The notes: generated from the sequence alone by a model not told the origin. Shown: positions 40,991 to 54,800, counted from the stretch's first letter. The stretch is DNA of 64,000 nucleotides from Geosiphon pyriformis uo1 (GCA_016748015.1 JAAOMT010000523.1:186001-250000), one strand, 5' to 3'. A program made the numbers and translations.

Positions 40991-42036
40991 TTTGGAAATT
41001 TGAAATAAAGAAAAGAAAGAAGTTTTTTTATTTTTTATGTTTTTTTTAATATATTTTTTATTTATTAATAAATTTTTATTATAATAATTATAAAATTTTG
41101 TAATTAATATTTATTTGAATATTAATAAAGCTTTTTAAATAATTTTGTTTTACAAATATTAAATTTTTTTCAAAATACAATTAATATATTAGTAAATATA
41201 AAAATTAAAAATTGATTTTATTAATATATAAATATATAATAATTCTAAATTTTTCTAAAAATAATTATATAATACTTATATAAATAAAAAATAATTTGTT
41301 TTTATATATTTTATTTTTACTACTTTGATAATTATTATAAATAATAGAGTAACTAGTCACATATAAAAAAACATGAGCTAATACTTAATCTAGAATCTTA
41401 TATAATTGTATTTTTTTAGGTAATAGTTAAATTGTACTTGTAAAATACAATAAAAATAAATAAATAATATTTTTTAAAAAAATTTTTATAACTTAATAAT
41501 ATTAATTAATTAATTAATTAATTTAAAAATTTGTGTATTTAAAATTTTTTAATAAAATTTTTTATATAAAAAAACAAAATTTCAAAAATTTATTGGTTTT
41601 TAATAGTTAATATTAATATTTTTTGTTTTTTTCTAATGTTTTTTGTTTTTTAATAGGCTATTCAATTTTAATAAGTTAATTTTATGCTTATAATATGTGT
41701 TTTTATTAAATTATTTTATAATATTATATTTTTAATAAGTTAACAATAAATAATTATAAAAAAAAATTAATATTATATTAATAATTATAATTAAAAATAA
41801 TAAATTTAATAATTATATTTTTGGTATTTATAGATATAATTTATAATTTAATAAATTTATATATTTAATTTTTATTTTTTATTTTTAATAATATAAATTA
41901 TTTTTTTATTATTGTTTTTAATAGTATTTAAAAAATATTAAAGATTTTTTAAGTAAATAATCTTTATTTTAATGTTTAATACTATTATTAAAAATTAATT
42001 AGATTATATTAAAATTGTATTCTAATATTTACATAA

Positions 42037-43027
42037 TATTATAAGTTAACTTAATAAAGTATAATAGTAATGTTTAATGTTTTATATTTAAATTATAAAA
42101 CTTAAAAAAATTTTTTTATTATAAAAGATAAATCAGAATTATTAATTTCTAAAGATTTTTAATAAATGTAAATTTATCTGTAAAGTTTTTTAATTATAAA
42201 ACACAGAAATATGGTCTAATTGTTTGTAGTTTAATGTATGTGAACTATTTTTTTGAGTTAATTAAATATAATTGTTAGAGTTTGGCATTGTTTTTTTTGC
42301 TTTTCTGATAAGCTAACAAAATAAAGTTAATATTTAAACTTAAAAAAAGCTTCTAGACAGTCAATTTTTTTAATGTTGCCACTTTACTAAAAAAAAAAAA
42401 GAAGAAAAAAAGAAGAAAAAAAAAATTGAAAATAAGAAAAAAAAGAAAAGAAATTAATATTATTAATTGTTATAATTAAGAACAATTAATCCAAGTTATT
42501 AAGATTTTAAAGCTGTTTATGCTAAGAGTATCTGACTTAAAATAAAAATAAAAACATAATTAATTTGATTTTGACAACACAAATTTTAAGATTATATACA
42601 AGTAGATTAAATTATATTTTTATTTAATAGAGAATAAAAAAATATAAAAAAAATAAGATAAAAAGTTTTTTTTTAAGTTAGAAATAAAATATGTTTTAAG
42701 AAAATTAGTTTTTGTTTTCTGTTTTTTTTTTATTTGCTAAAAACTTCTTGTTTTTTATACATATTTTCTAGTTTTATAAGATTGCTTTTAATTATTTATT
42801 ATTACTAGTTATTACTTATTACTTTTGTTATTGCTTTATTTTTTATACTATAACTTGTTATTCTATATTATGGCTAGTTATTTTGTGTTATTGTGTGTTA
42901 TTTTGTATTATTCTGCATTATTACATATTATTTTGTGTTATTTTGTATTATTACACTTTTTTATTTTATTATATATTAATTATATTTTTTTTAATATTTT
43001 TAAATTGGTTTTTTTACTTAAGTAACA
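42037..43027 (-). repeat. Hypermutated solo LTR (family E)
   Basis: Collinear with 53722-54800 (e.g. agacagtcaattt...tgttgccact, tatgctaagag). Ends gtaaca, TSD ataa/ataa. Confidence 0.8.
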
Positions 43028-44752
43028 ATAATTTTTTTGAATTTAATTTAATTATTAAAAACAATATTATACTTTTTTACATGAAGTTTGTGTTTTAAAC
43101 TTTTTTAAATACTACTATATAAATTAAGTTTGCTAATTTACTTTGGTTTTTTTTTTGGTTGTTGTTTTTTATAATATTTTTATTAATGCTATTTTTAATA
43201 ACATTAAAATTGTTTTAAGTATTTTTGGTATTATTAAAAAAAAAGTACAGATTTGGTAATCTTTTTAGCAATAATAATTTTTTTTTAAACAATATATATT
43301 ATTATATATATAATTAATAATTATAGTATATATATAGATATATAGATTATTTTAGTATTTAAAAAAATAAAAAAAGTGTTAAATAAATTATTAAAGTAAA
43401 AAAAAATATTGCTATTATTATTTATTTTTGAACAAAAACCAATCTTGTTATTTAATTTTAATAATATTTATATTAACACTTTTTATTAACTGTTTTGTAA
43501 TAAAACCAGAGTTTTTTATTTGTTATTTTTAAAAAAAAAATTTTTTTAAAAGCTTAATAATAATTTATTTCTTAATTAAATTAAGCATTTAAAAATGTAA
43601 TTACACATATTTTTGTAATAATAAACAAAATTAAGAATACTGTAAACATTTTTTAAATTACAATTACAGTTTACTAAATTGAAAAAAAAGTTTATATTGA
43701 AGGTTTAAAAGTTAAAACAATTAAAAATATTAACCTAAATCTGAATGGCTGGTCACATGTAAAAAGTGCAAAATATATTTCATTTTATATCCTGGCATTG
43801 AAATAATTCAACAGAATTATATTCTTAAGATAATAAATGCTAATTCTTTAATTAAATCTATTGTACCATCTTCTTTTAAAAAGTATATATATATATTACA
43901 AATACAATATAATTTACAATAATTTCCCTAATTATAAAATGGCAAGATGATGACTACCCGACGAACGCGCGCAGGTTTCATGGAAAATGACCGACTAGCT
44001 TTCAAAATCTCTGGTAAAGAAAGCAAAAATGAATTGGAGGAAACTAAGCAACAATTAGAGAAAGAGAAAAAAGGCAATTTAAGTCGAATATCGCCTATAT
44101 TAATTACAAAAATCTTAATGGCAGCAGGAATAACAGCGACGATATTTATGGAGGAAGAAAAAAGATATCTTAATGCTGGGCAAATCGAAATGAATCTTTA
44201 ATTATAATCATTATCATCATCATCATCATCAATGGAATAACAAAGACCCTTACCACTCCTTGATTGTGTCATCCTTGATGATAGAATTCTAAAACCTTTT
44301 TCGTTAGTTGATTGGTGTAAAAGTGCGTCAGGCTGATGTCATGCAAAAAAAGAGGGCTCATTACAAATACCCCAATAACTTATCCATTCTTGATTTTATC
44401 TCTCTTACCCCAGTGTCAGTCTAAGTATCGTCATCATCTCTTTGTTCTTTTTTTTGCTGCCGTCACTCAACTTGTCATCACAAAAGAGTAACGTCGTCCA
44501 AAATAAAGGTTGACGAAACGCGACTCTTTTTTTTCATATTGGAAGAATACCTTTTCTCAAAAAGTTTTGATTTATTCGACAAAAGAATTAACCATCACCT
44601 TTTTTATACCTAACATTAGTGACTTTAGCTCCGCCTTGTTCTCATCTATAAGAAGAGAGATTCACGTCAACAGAATTCCCTTAAAATATCTTCATTCTAA
44701 CCCTCCGCCGCCTCCCTGTCGTGTAGTCAATCAAATAAAAAAGTCAACTGCA

Positions 44753-45095
44753 ATGACGCAAGACCTGCTTACGACACAAGCAATTAAAGTTGACGTAGAC
44801 GAAAGGTCAACCGTAACAGAAACTGACGATAGTTCTGGAACCGATGCTAGTGACCCGGAACCTCCGACAACGAGAAGCGGTCTTAAAAGAACCGCTCCTA
44901 TCGGTGGTGCTCGACAAGGTGATCCCAAGAGAAAAGATACAAGAAAAGGAACTGAAAATAAATCATTTTCAATAACAGAAAAAGAGAAGGTCTCTTTTAC
45001 TGACCCAAACTCAACTACGACTAATACGTTGGCTGCTAGTGCTGCCGCATTCCTTTCAACTGTACCTGCCCAAAATCTTGTTTCCTCCAAAGATG

Positions 45096-45137
<42 letters not shown>

Positions 45138-45853
45138 CTAATCATCATCACCATCATCATCACCATCATAATAATAATAATAATAATAATGAAGGAGCTA
45201 TATCGGCTGCAGCACCCATCTTAACAAATCAACAACAACAACAGTTTGCTGAGGTTATTTCCGCTGCCACAAATCTCGCAAATCAAATAAATTCTCCAAT
45301 TGCAGTTGCTCCCTTGCTTAATGGTCAATCAGGAATCTCTAACAATAGCTCCTTAGGTGTGGGAATTCATGCTGATGTACAAGAATTTCTGAGTCATCCT
45401 GCTGTCGCTGCAGCTGCAGCAGTTCAAGCTCAGGCCCAAGCACAACAATTACAACAGAGTATATCTGCTCAAAATGATTCAATTCAGTCGCCTACCGGTA
45501 GTGGTAAACGAAATAGCCAGCTTCGCAATATGACAAATGATGAACGTCGACAAAGAAGGCTACTGAGAAATCGTGTTGCTGCTAAAGAATGTCGACGTAA
45601 AAAGAAAGCTTATGTCGCTGATCTTGAAGAGAAAGTAACGCGTCTTGAAGATGAAAATACTCTTTTACGCAAAGAACTTGATGAGTTGAATACAAGATTG
45701 ACTTTGGGGGCCACGAGAATCGAAGAAAATAGTCGTCTTATCATAGAAGTGGAAGAATTAAATGCTAAATTGACACATAAAGGTCTAGTGCAGCAGGTTA
45801 AGAGAGACTCGGAAAATCATGAGTCCATCGAACCAAAGGCATCCTCGATTTAA
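44753..45853 (+). CDS. bZIP transcription factor (ATF/CREB-like basic region), apparently intronless
   Basis: RQRRLLRNRVAAKECRRKKKAYVADLEEKVTRLEDENTLLRKEL leucine zipper. First in-frame ATG at 44753. Poly-N/H/Q/A low-complexity tracts. Confidence 0.92.
45095..45190 (+). repeat. Coding trinucleotide repeat (AAT)n-(CAY)n-(AAT)n encoding poly-Asn/poly-His/poly-Asn
   Basis: Directly visible in the sequence. Confidence 0.95.
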
Positions 45854-46852
45854 TTATGATTAAGATCAATTTACCTACCTTCGCCATTTAATTCTCGAAC
45901 ATTATTCATATTATATTTCGCTTTGCATTCTATTATCACTGAAGCCTGAGGGGCAATTCTCCATTTTTCCATTCTCCCTTCCCAAAAATATTTTCTCTTA
46001 GTTATTCTTGTGATGCTATATATTTTGATTAAGAAGTATCATATGGTGGTCTTTCAAAAGCCATCGTTATCTTTTAGGTCATTAAAAAACTCTCATTTGG
46101 CTTACAGTCCGAGCTAAATTTTTTGAATTGGAATTAGCCCTATACTTTGGCATTACAATTTCTGAATCATCATCTCTTGTGAGGCTTATCAACCGAGACT
46201 CTGAACGGCCATACTTTGGTGATTGATCAATGACATTGACAGCATATAAACGTTTGTCAACGTTCAACGCGGAGGAAATGAACATAAGGTTCTTTGATTG
46301 GTGACTGACCGTGCCAAATAATCGGCCGTGGTCGGTGGGTGGATCGATTTTGTGAGGAAAAACTCAATTACCGAAAACGATGTTCGTTGACAAATAGATA
46401 GGAAAAGAATGTCTCTTGATATCGATCTTGAAGGATTTTTGGCCAAAAAACGGACATTTCGTCTTGGTCTTTTTTTTGAAAAATGCCATAATCGTAAAAA
46501 ACATAGCCCCAGCATTTTAAAGAAATTTAATCATAATTATTCTTGATTTTTTATTTACAATGCAAGTTTTGAACAGTTACTTGCAGTAAAAGCTGTATAT
46601 AAGGTATATTTAGGCTTATTATTTTTTAAATATAATGTGTAATATCATTTGAAAATAATAAATTAAAATATAAGAATTTGAATTATTATTAAAAAGATTT
46701 TTGTTTATTATTATTTTTAACATATTTTTAATGTTTACTTTTAATATTATTCTTTAAATTTTTTATAAAAAAAATCAGTATTATATAAAAAAATAAATAT
46801 TTTGCAAAAAAATTCTTAGCTATACACCTATTTTGAAAACTTCGCGAAAAAA

Positions 46853-47345
46853 ATGGAAAGCATCATCGAACAACAGCGTAAAGCTCATGAAGAGATAGAA
46901 AGACTGGAACAGGCGATCGTTGACCAGTTTATGAAAGATCCCAAATCAGTGAGTTTACATTGTTGCGAATTTTTAGCTTCTTACCTATTTAACTTTGCAA
47001 CCTTTGCAGCATAAAGAAAGATTAACTCGGGAACATCGTGTAAGCGATTTCCTCGATAGAATAAGTTCACGTAGCAAATTTTTGTTTGAGCTTTACGAAG
47101 ACTCCGACGGGTGGGTTTATTTTTAAAGCGAATATAATACCATAGTAAACTAACATTGAAAACTTTTTTGTCAGAGCGAGGAAAACAGAAATTGATGCTT
47201 TATCTGGAACTTCGGAATTTAGCGAATTTTATGGGCGTTTAAAAGCAATAAAAGATTATCATCGTCGATATCCCAACGAAACTGTCGAACCACTAGAATT
47301 AGAATTCATAAATCAGTCGAAAGAAAATGGCGAGGATGATGGTAA

Positions 47346-47378
<33 letters not shown>

Positions 47379-49112
47379 TTTAAGTAAAAGTTTTATTTCT
47401 CTATCCAATTACATTATGCTTATCTTCTTTTTTTTCAGACTTAGACAAGTTATTCTCTGGGGAAGAAGGGAGTGGTCGATTCCTTGATTTGCATGCCCTT
47501 CACGAGCAGTATGTGAATCTCAAAAGTATTAAAAAGTTAGACTACCTGACTTATCTCGGTGAATTTGATCATTTTTCCGATTATCCTAAAGAAAACAAAC
47601 ACGGGGAATATATAAAGTATTTAATATAGTTTCATTCTTTGTTCAGTTCTGTTAACCCATATTTAAAATGAAATAAAACCAATTTGCTTTTCCTACTTTT
47701 CAGATATTTAAAAGATTTACGCACCTATCTTGAAAGTTTTTTCAGAAGAGTGAAGCCTCTTTCAAACTTAGAAGATATAAGGCAAGAAACAGAGGTGGAT
47801 TTCAAAGGAAAATGGTTGCAAGGAAAATTTCCTGGTTGGGAAAGGCCATTCGGTGGTGATAAATTCATAAATGATTTATTTTGTGTTGCATGTAAGTATT
47901 ATCATTCCAAGACATTGAAGGTTAAATTTTGACTTCTTTGTTAATCTAGTTTCACCCCAATTTCCATTGTAGGCCGCAAAGGGTACGCAAAGAAGACTGT
48001 ATTTGACGCTCACTTAAAAAGTAAGAAACACTTAAAAGGGGCTAATGCCATGATGAGACAAGGGATTACTAATGTCGATAGTGACACTGAGGAAAAGTTG
48101 AGAACACGGGTAGCAGAAGAAAAAGACAGCAGCGAAAGGGAAATTGCTTTTTCGGAGGCTTTAGTTCAAAAATACGCACAAATTTTAGGCTCCCAACGAG
48201 AGGATACCAAGGCTAATGTTGAAAGAAAACGAGCATTAACTGACAGAGAGCGGAGAGTAAGTTTCGAAATTTTCTTTGTCTTTTTGATTATTCCTAATGG
48301 CGTCGCATCGGGATTTGTAGAAATAATATCGTTTCTCAACTGTCAGTGCTCGTCGTGTGGCTTATCGGGATCGCCATTTCGATATATAATATAGGAAGAG
48401 TCTTGCCCATTGAAACATATCGAATTATTTTCGAGATTTTTGCGACAATATGTGTAAAGTTTGTTACTCTAAATATTAACCAATTTATTTTGATTTTGCA
48501 GATGGAGCTAGAAGCAGAGGAGGTAGATGATGTAGAAACTGAGTCAGAAGATGAGGATAAAATTTATAACCCTCTTAAATTGCCACTTGGCTGGGACGGT
48601 AAACCGATACCTTATTGGCTATATAAATTGCATGGGCTAGGAGTAGAGTATCCCTGTGAAATATGTGGAAATTATGTCTACATGGGACGCAAAGCTTTTG
48701 ATCGTCATTTTCAGGTATAAATTCTCCCTATTTTGAATTCATTTGTTCCCCAAAATGCCTTCTTTTCTTTTATAGTTAAAATCTTGGATTATTTGGCTTT
48801 AGGAATGGAGGCATGCTCACGGGATGCGCTGTCTTGGCATTCCAAATACCCGTCATTTCCATGAGATAACTTTGATTGAGGATGCATATGCACGTAGGTT
48901 TATCAAAGTTATTTATTTGACCTAAATTCCACCAATCAAAATCACTATATCTTATGTGTATTGGGCCTTGTTTATCAGTATGGGAGAAACTAAAAAGTAC
49001 AAGCAAGACGGATGATTTTAAGGCAGATACTATGGAAGAATTTGAAGATATTGAGGGAAATGTTTTCAACAAGAAAACATATGATGATTTAAAAAGACAG
49101 GGATTGTTATAA
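46853..49112 (+). CDS. PRP9: Splicing factor 3A subunit 3 (Prp9/SF3a60), 9 exons
   Basis: [67 protein letters not shown] zinc finger, [10 protein letters not shown]. Confidence 0.96.
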
Positions 49113-52039
49113 ACTTCCCAATTACTTGTATAGATAAAAAAGTCATATAAACTAAAGAAAATATTACGCAGAGGACTAGAATTTTGAAAGGTAAGAAAAT
49201 TTTCAGTATGTAACCCAAATAATCTGGTCATGTCACTTCAATTCAACCATTAATACGCACAATATTAATAATATTAATACAATCACAAAACATATGAAAA
49301 GAGCAAAAGAGAAAATGCCTGTAGATTGTAATGATAAAGTTAAGCGAATTGAGTTCTATTTTCGTAAAACCTGGCAAAGATTTATAAGAAAACAATTGCG
49401 TATTTTTTTAAATTATCAAGCCAGTTTTTAAAATGTTTCAATAAAAATATTTTCATATGGTTGATAGAATTTCTGTTTTGATAACATTACATTTAAACAA
49501 ACCCGTATATAGATGTATACATAAGTGTTTGTTTAAAAATTAATTAGAGATAATTGATTTTAAACAAAGGTTTGATTTAACAAAATATTGTGCAAGAAAT
49601 ATTAAATAATCATTAATTTTAAAATTATTAAATTATATTTTTTTGTTAATGTTAAGTATCAAATGTTTATTTTATTATTCTTGGTTTAAAAATTCTTTAT
49701 ACATTGTGATATGTGTAAAATAAAAAATTAAGTATTTTGAATTATTATAATATTTTAATTAAAACAAAAAAAAACAACTATTATTAATATTTATAATAAT
49801 AACAAATTTTAAAATTTAAATTTTTAAAGTATTAATTTTGTATTTTTTAAAAATTTTAAATTTGTTAATATTGTTTTTAAATTAATAAATAAAGCTTTGA
49901 TTTAAATTTGATTTACAACTTTATTTTTATTATTTATTTAAATTATACAATATTTTAAACTATATAATATTAAAAAAAAAATTTTATTAATAGTTTAAAA
50001 GTTTTAATACTTAAAATAATATGTAAATATTTTTTTTCATAATTTTATAATTATACTTAAAATAAAAAATAAGTTTTATTTTATTTATAATTTTTTTAAT
50101 ATAATTACTTTAAAAGTTTTTATAATAAAAAAACACTATTTTATTAAAATATTTTTTTAAAATAATAAAAATATAAAGCATTATTACTTATAAAATAATA
50201 TAAAAAATAAATAGTAATAAAATATAGTATAAATTAATCAATAATATAATAGAAATTATCAAAACATATAATATTAAAATTTTAATAATAACTTAAAAAA
50301 ATTTATATTTATATAGTAATAAAATTAAAAACAAAAAAAAATAATCAAACTTATTAGATTTTTATTATAATAACTTTAACTATTAGAAATTTAGTATTTA
50401 AAGTAAATATTTTTTTTAATAAAAATCACAATTAAAATTATTTATTATTCAACTTTTATAAACTACTATTTATTTTATTAAAAATTATTTACTTTTAACT
50501 AATATTAATAACGTTAATTTAAAATTATTAATTATACTAAAACAATAATTTTTAATAATAACTATTAATAAAATACTAATTTTTTTTTTATTTTTTTATT
50601 TTTTTTGTGTATTTTATTTTGTTTTATTAATTAATTAAAAAAAAGTACTGAAATTATAATATTAAGAATTGTTTGATAAAAAATACAAGAATAAGTATAG
50701 AATTAATTTATTAAATTGTTTATTAAAAAAATAAAAAACATTAAAATAACCAGTTATTATATTAAAAAAATTAAATACCAAGTATTATTTATTATTATTA
50801 ATAAATTTTTGTCTATTATACTATTTAATTAAATTAATAAATTAATAAATAACAAAAAAAAACAGTATTATATAACAATAAACTAATTAAAAAGATAATT
50901 CAACTTTAATAAATAAATTAGATTAATAAAAATTCAATATGCAAGATTAGTTTTATAAATATTTTAGTTGCTATTTTTTTAAAAAGATAAAAAAAAATCT
51001 AAAACTAAAAGAATAATTTATATTATTAATAAAAAATAATATATTAATATAATTTTATACTTTATATTAACACTTTTAAAATTTAATATTAGATATTTTA
51101 TTTTTTAGTAAATATTTATTTAATATACTTTACAAAAATTAATAATTGTACAAATTAAGAAAAAAAAATAGTAAAAAAAAATAAAAAAATTAATATTATT
51201 ATATTAATCTGAATATAATTCAAGTAAAAATATTTTTTTTCTATTTTAAAGAGTTTTATTAATATATTTTTTAAAAAAAATTAATTATTAAATTAATAAC
51301 TAAATTAATAATTAAGTTAATAATTAAGTTATTAATCAAGTTAATAATTATATTAATAACTAATTTTAAAAATAAAATAACTAATTAATAATATTAATAG
51401 TTAATACATTTAATAAACTATGATTAAATAAAATAAATAAAGCCTAAAAAATAAAAATTTTAATTATAATACAAAAAACTTTATTAATTAAAAATTTTAA
51501 ATTAATTATTAATATTAAAACATTAATTTATAAGTTAATATATAATATAATTGCAATTTTTAATTATTAATAAAGTATTTTTTGGTTTTTAAATAAAAGT
51601 TTTATTTTATTTTAAATAAATATATTAAAAACAATTTTAATTACAAATTAGTGATTAAGCTATTTTTTTTAATAATTTTATTATTATTATTTAAATAACT
51701 AAAAAGCAAAAAAACAATTTTTTAAAAAATATTGCTATTAGTTTTTTTAAAATATTTAAAAAAAAATTATTTTTAATGTTTTTAAATCATTATTTTTAAT
51801 TTAAAACTGGTTTGGTATTTTGTTATAATTATATTAATTATAATATTTAATTTTAATTTAACTATAAACAATATTTTTTTAATTTAAATAATAATAATAG
51901 CAATATATTTATTAAAACTAGTATAAATTATCATATAACTAATTTGTTTAATATTTTAAATTTTAATTAATTATTATTAATTTAAAAATTAAAAAAATAT
52001 ATCTTTAAATATAATTTTAATTAATAAAATAAAATTAAG

Positions 52040-52187
52040 TATTTTTTTTATTTTATTAACGTTTTATGAGTGTAGTCCAATCACTATTTAATATACAGAG
52101 TCAAAACTATGGACTTCAGCTAGATGCAATTCACATATTTACCACATATAACCAGTTATTTAAACTAATCAAAGCAATACTAAGCTC
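52040..52187 (-). mobile_element. LINE 3' UTR/poly(A) remnant; target of element D
   Basis: Reverse complement gcttagtattgctttgattagtttaaataactggttatatgtgg matches the LINE end at 17036-17080. Confidence 0.7.
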
Positions 52188-53008
52188 TATTACTCATAGA
52201 AAAAGCATACAAGAAAATAGTAGAAAAAACAGATAGACCAATAAGAAAATAGTAGTTAACATGTGAGCATATTGCTTAGCAATGTAAGTATTGCTTGAAA
52301 AATTATAGCACATTGCTTAGAAATGTAAGTAATTTCATAAAACTCAAATTATGTATATATAGTAAGAATGTTAAAAGCAAAAAAGACAAAATTCCCAGCT
52401 AGAATCAATACTAAGATTTTTTAATTAAAACATCTTAGCTAAAATCATCAATATCAATAAATAATTATTTACTATCTAAATTATTCTCTACACTATCAAT
52501 ACTTTATCTTGATAGTATTTATTACTTAATCATACTGAAACAATAGCTCTTGATTATGGCTATTGATAGGATACTAACTTTTTTTGTCTTGGCTTATTTT
52601 TTTATTTTATTTTTTATTTTTTTTTTTGTTATTTACTAATTAATAAAAAGAATTAACATATAGGATACTGATGTTAGAATATAGTATTAATAAAAGACCC
52701 AGAAATAAGAATAGACACTTAGATTTGAGAATAACTTACTAAAAGATTGCTGGCCATCATGCCAAAAAAAAATTAATGAAATTGCAATTTCAGGAAATGA
52801 TGGACAACAAAGCATACCAACTTAAGGGTTAAAGAAACTAAAAACATTACATTAAGATACCAACATTGAATCTCTGTCCATTATATAAAAGACTCAACCA
52901 AAATCTTCAGATCACAAAACCTTTAGATAATACTAATCATAACAATTATTAAGTACCAAGTTACAAATTTGTTATTTGATCTGAGACCTCAAATAATTAC
53001 CTGTAACA
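52188..53008 (+). repeat. 5' LTR of element D
   Basis: Direct repeat of 62252-62845, followed by the PBS. Confidence 0.93.
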
Positions 53009-53721
53009 TTTGGTGCTCTCTGTAAGGTTTAATCTAACAGAGATTTAGCACTAACAGCAACCATCTAAAACAGTGGCAGAATCAGAAAAAATAGGAACCA
53101 ATCACTTGAGATTTGCAAAATTTTTATTCCAGCATTATCATATTCATCTCAAATTAACAAATAGTAATTAGCTAACAGAATCTGCTTTTAATTATTACAT
53201 CAACAAAAAAATTGCATACTACTTGGGAAATCAAAGAGATCCAAAATCTGCTTTTAACAATTTCTTTAGTAAGTTACTTTAAAGCACTACACTTCTATAA
53301 AACTATTTATTTGCACCTCTAATTACAAAAATAAACAGAGAAATTGAAAAATACACCAAGCAATGATTTTCTATTATCTTTGAAGACAAAAAAAAAGAAA
53401 ATTACAAATACTAACAGAAACACCAAAGCCAATACAACCACTTACTTGTAAAAAACCAAGAGTAAATCTACTAATTAATTCATCATACTATCACACACCC
53501 AGAAGTACTATCAATATAATATTAATAGGTATGTCCACAACAAACACAAGAACACTATTAGCTAAAATTCTATTTCAAAGTAGACAAAAAAAAGCTAAAC
53601 TATTGGAAACTTATGGTAATTACTTTAAGGAATTTAATTTGTGACCAAATATGCCATCAGAATATTAATTACTATTACTACTACCAGATTTTTGAGCCAC
53701 TAGTCTTTGGAAATTAACCAA

Positions 53722-54800
53722 TATTATGAGTAAACTTGGTAAGTAATGAAGATGGTAATATTTGGTGCTCTCAATTATTGGTAATATGTCTTCCATGTAA
53801 TTTTGTTGACTTAGTCTCAATTATCAGTCTCTGAAGGTCTATTTCTGGATGTGAATTTACTTGTTAAGTTCTTTGATTATAAGGCACAGAGTTTGTCTTT
53901 TGTCAATTGCAATGTCTTCCATAAATATAAGCTTTCTTTTCTGAGCTAACGAGTGCAGTTGTTAGGGTCTGGTGATGTTTTTTCGCTCTTTTGATAAGCT
54001 AAAAAGATAATATTAATATCTAAAACCTAGGAGGAGCCTCCCTCTTTTACTAGGCTATCACGAAGTCTATTTCTAGACAGTCAATTTTACTATGTTGCCA
54101 CTCCACAAAAAAAAATAAAAAAGAAAGAAAAAGAAAAAAAAAGAAAAAAAAGAAAAAAATAAATTAGTATTATCAATCACCATGATCAAGAGTGATTGGT
54201 CCAAATTGTTAATAGTCTAAGATAGTTATGCTAAGAGGATCTGTTCTAAAACAAAGGTATGAAACAACGATTTATTCATGTAAATTTCACACAGTTTGAG
54301 AACATGAATTCGTAATTTTGATTTCTTTGATAATTGATTTATTTCAGAAGATGAATATGGAAATATAATAACTGAAGAGGAGTGATAAATATTTGTTTCT
54401 TGTCTAGTAGTTCATATCTATCTGTCTTTTTTTTTTTCTACAACTACTTGCTTTTATATATTCTTTTGGTTTTACAGGATTGCTTCTGATTGTTTCATTA
54501 TTGCTAACTATTGCTTTTGTTATTTCTATTATTGCTTCATTCTTCTATGTTATTTCCAGTTATTTTATGTTATAATACGTTATCTGGTGTTATTATATGT
54601 TATTCTGTGTTGTCCTTCGTTATAACACATTATTTGGTGTTATTACATATTATTCTGTGTTATTCTATGTTATAATGTATTATTCTATGCTATCCTAAGT
54701 TATAATGCATTATTCAATATTATTGTGCACTATTCTGTGTTATGTCACATTCTGGTCACATTTTTTCTAACTTCAAATTGGTTTTTCTACTTGGGTAACA
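53722..54800 (-). repeat. Solo LTR (family E) inserted in gag of element D
   Basis: tattat.../...ggtaaca termini, TSD ccaa/ccga, gag resumes on the right. tattctgtgttat tandem array 54540-54760. Confidence 0.88.

Noticed and set aside
42825-43098. Hydrophobic ORFs in the AT-rich belt
   Set aside because: Chance translations of the hypermutated tandem array of a solo LTR.
43947-44201. 84-aa ORF upstream of the bZIP gene
   Set aside because: No recognisable domain or splice support. It cannot be called from sequence alone.
44510-44752. N-terminal extension of the bZIP ORF in the ORF track
   Set aside because: It starts at TTG. The first ATG is at 44753 and the upstream part looks like promoter/5' UTR.
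49500-52040. Centromere or mitochondrial insertion explaining the AT-rich DNA
   Set aside because: No organellar genes or satellite periodicity. Comparable belts in this window resolve into mutated TEs.
53755-53772. Second PBS suggesting another element start
   Set aside because: It lies inside a TSD-bounded solo LTR in the opposite orientation. It is the U5 anti-PBS segment.
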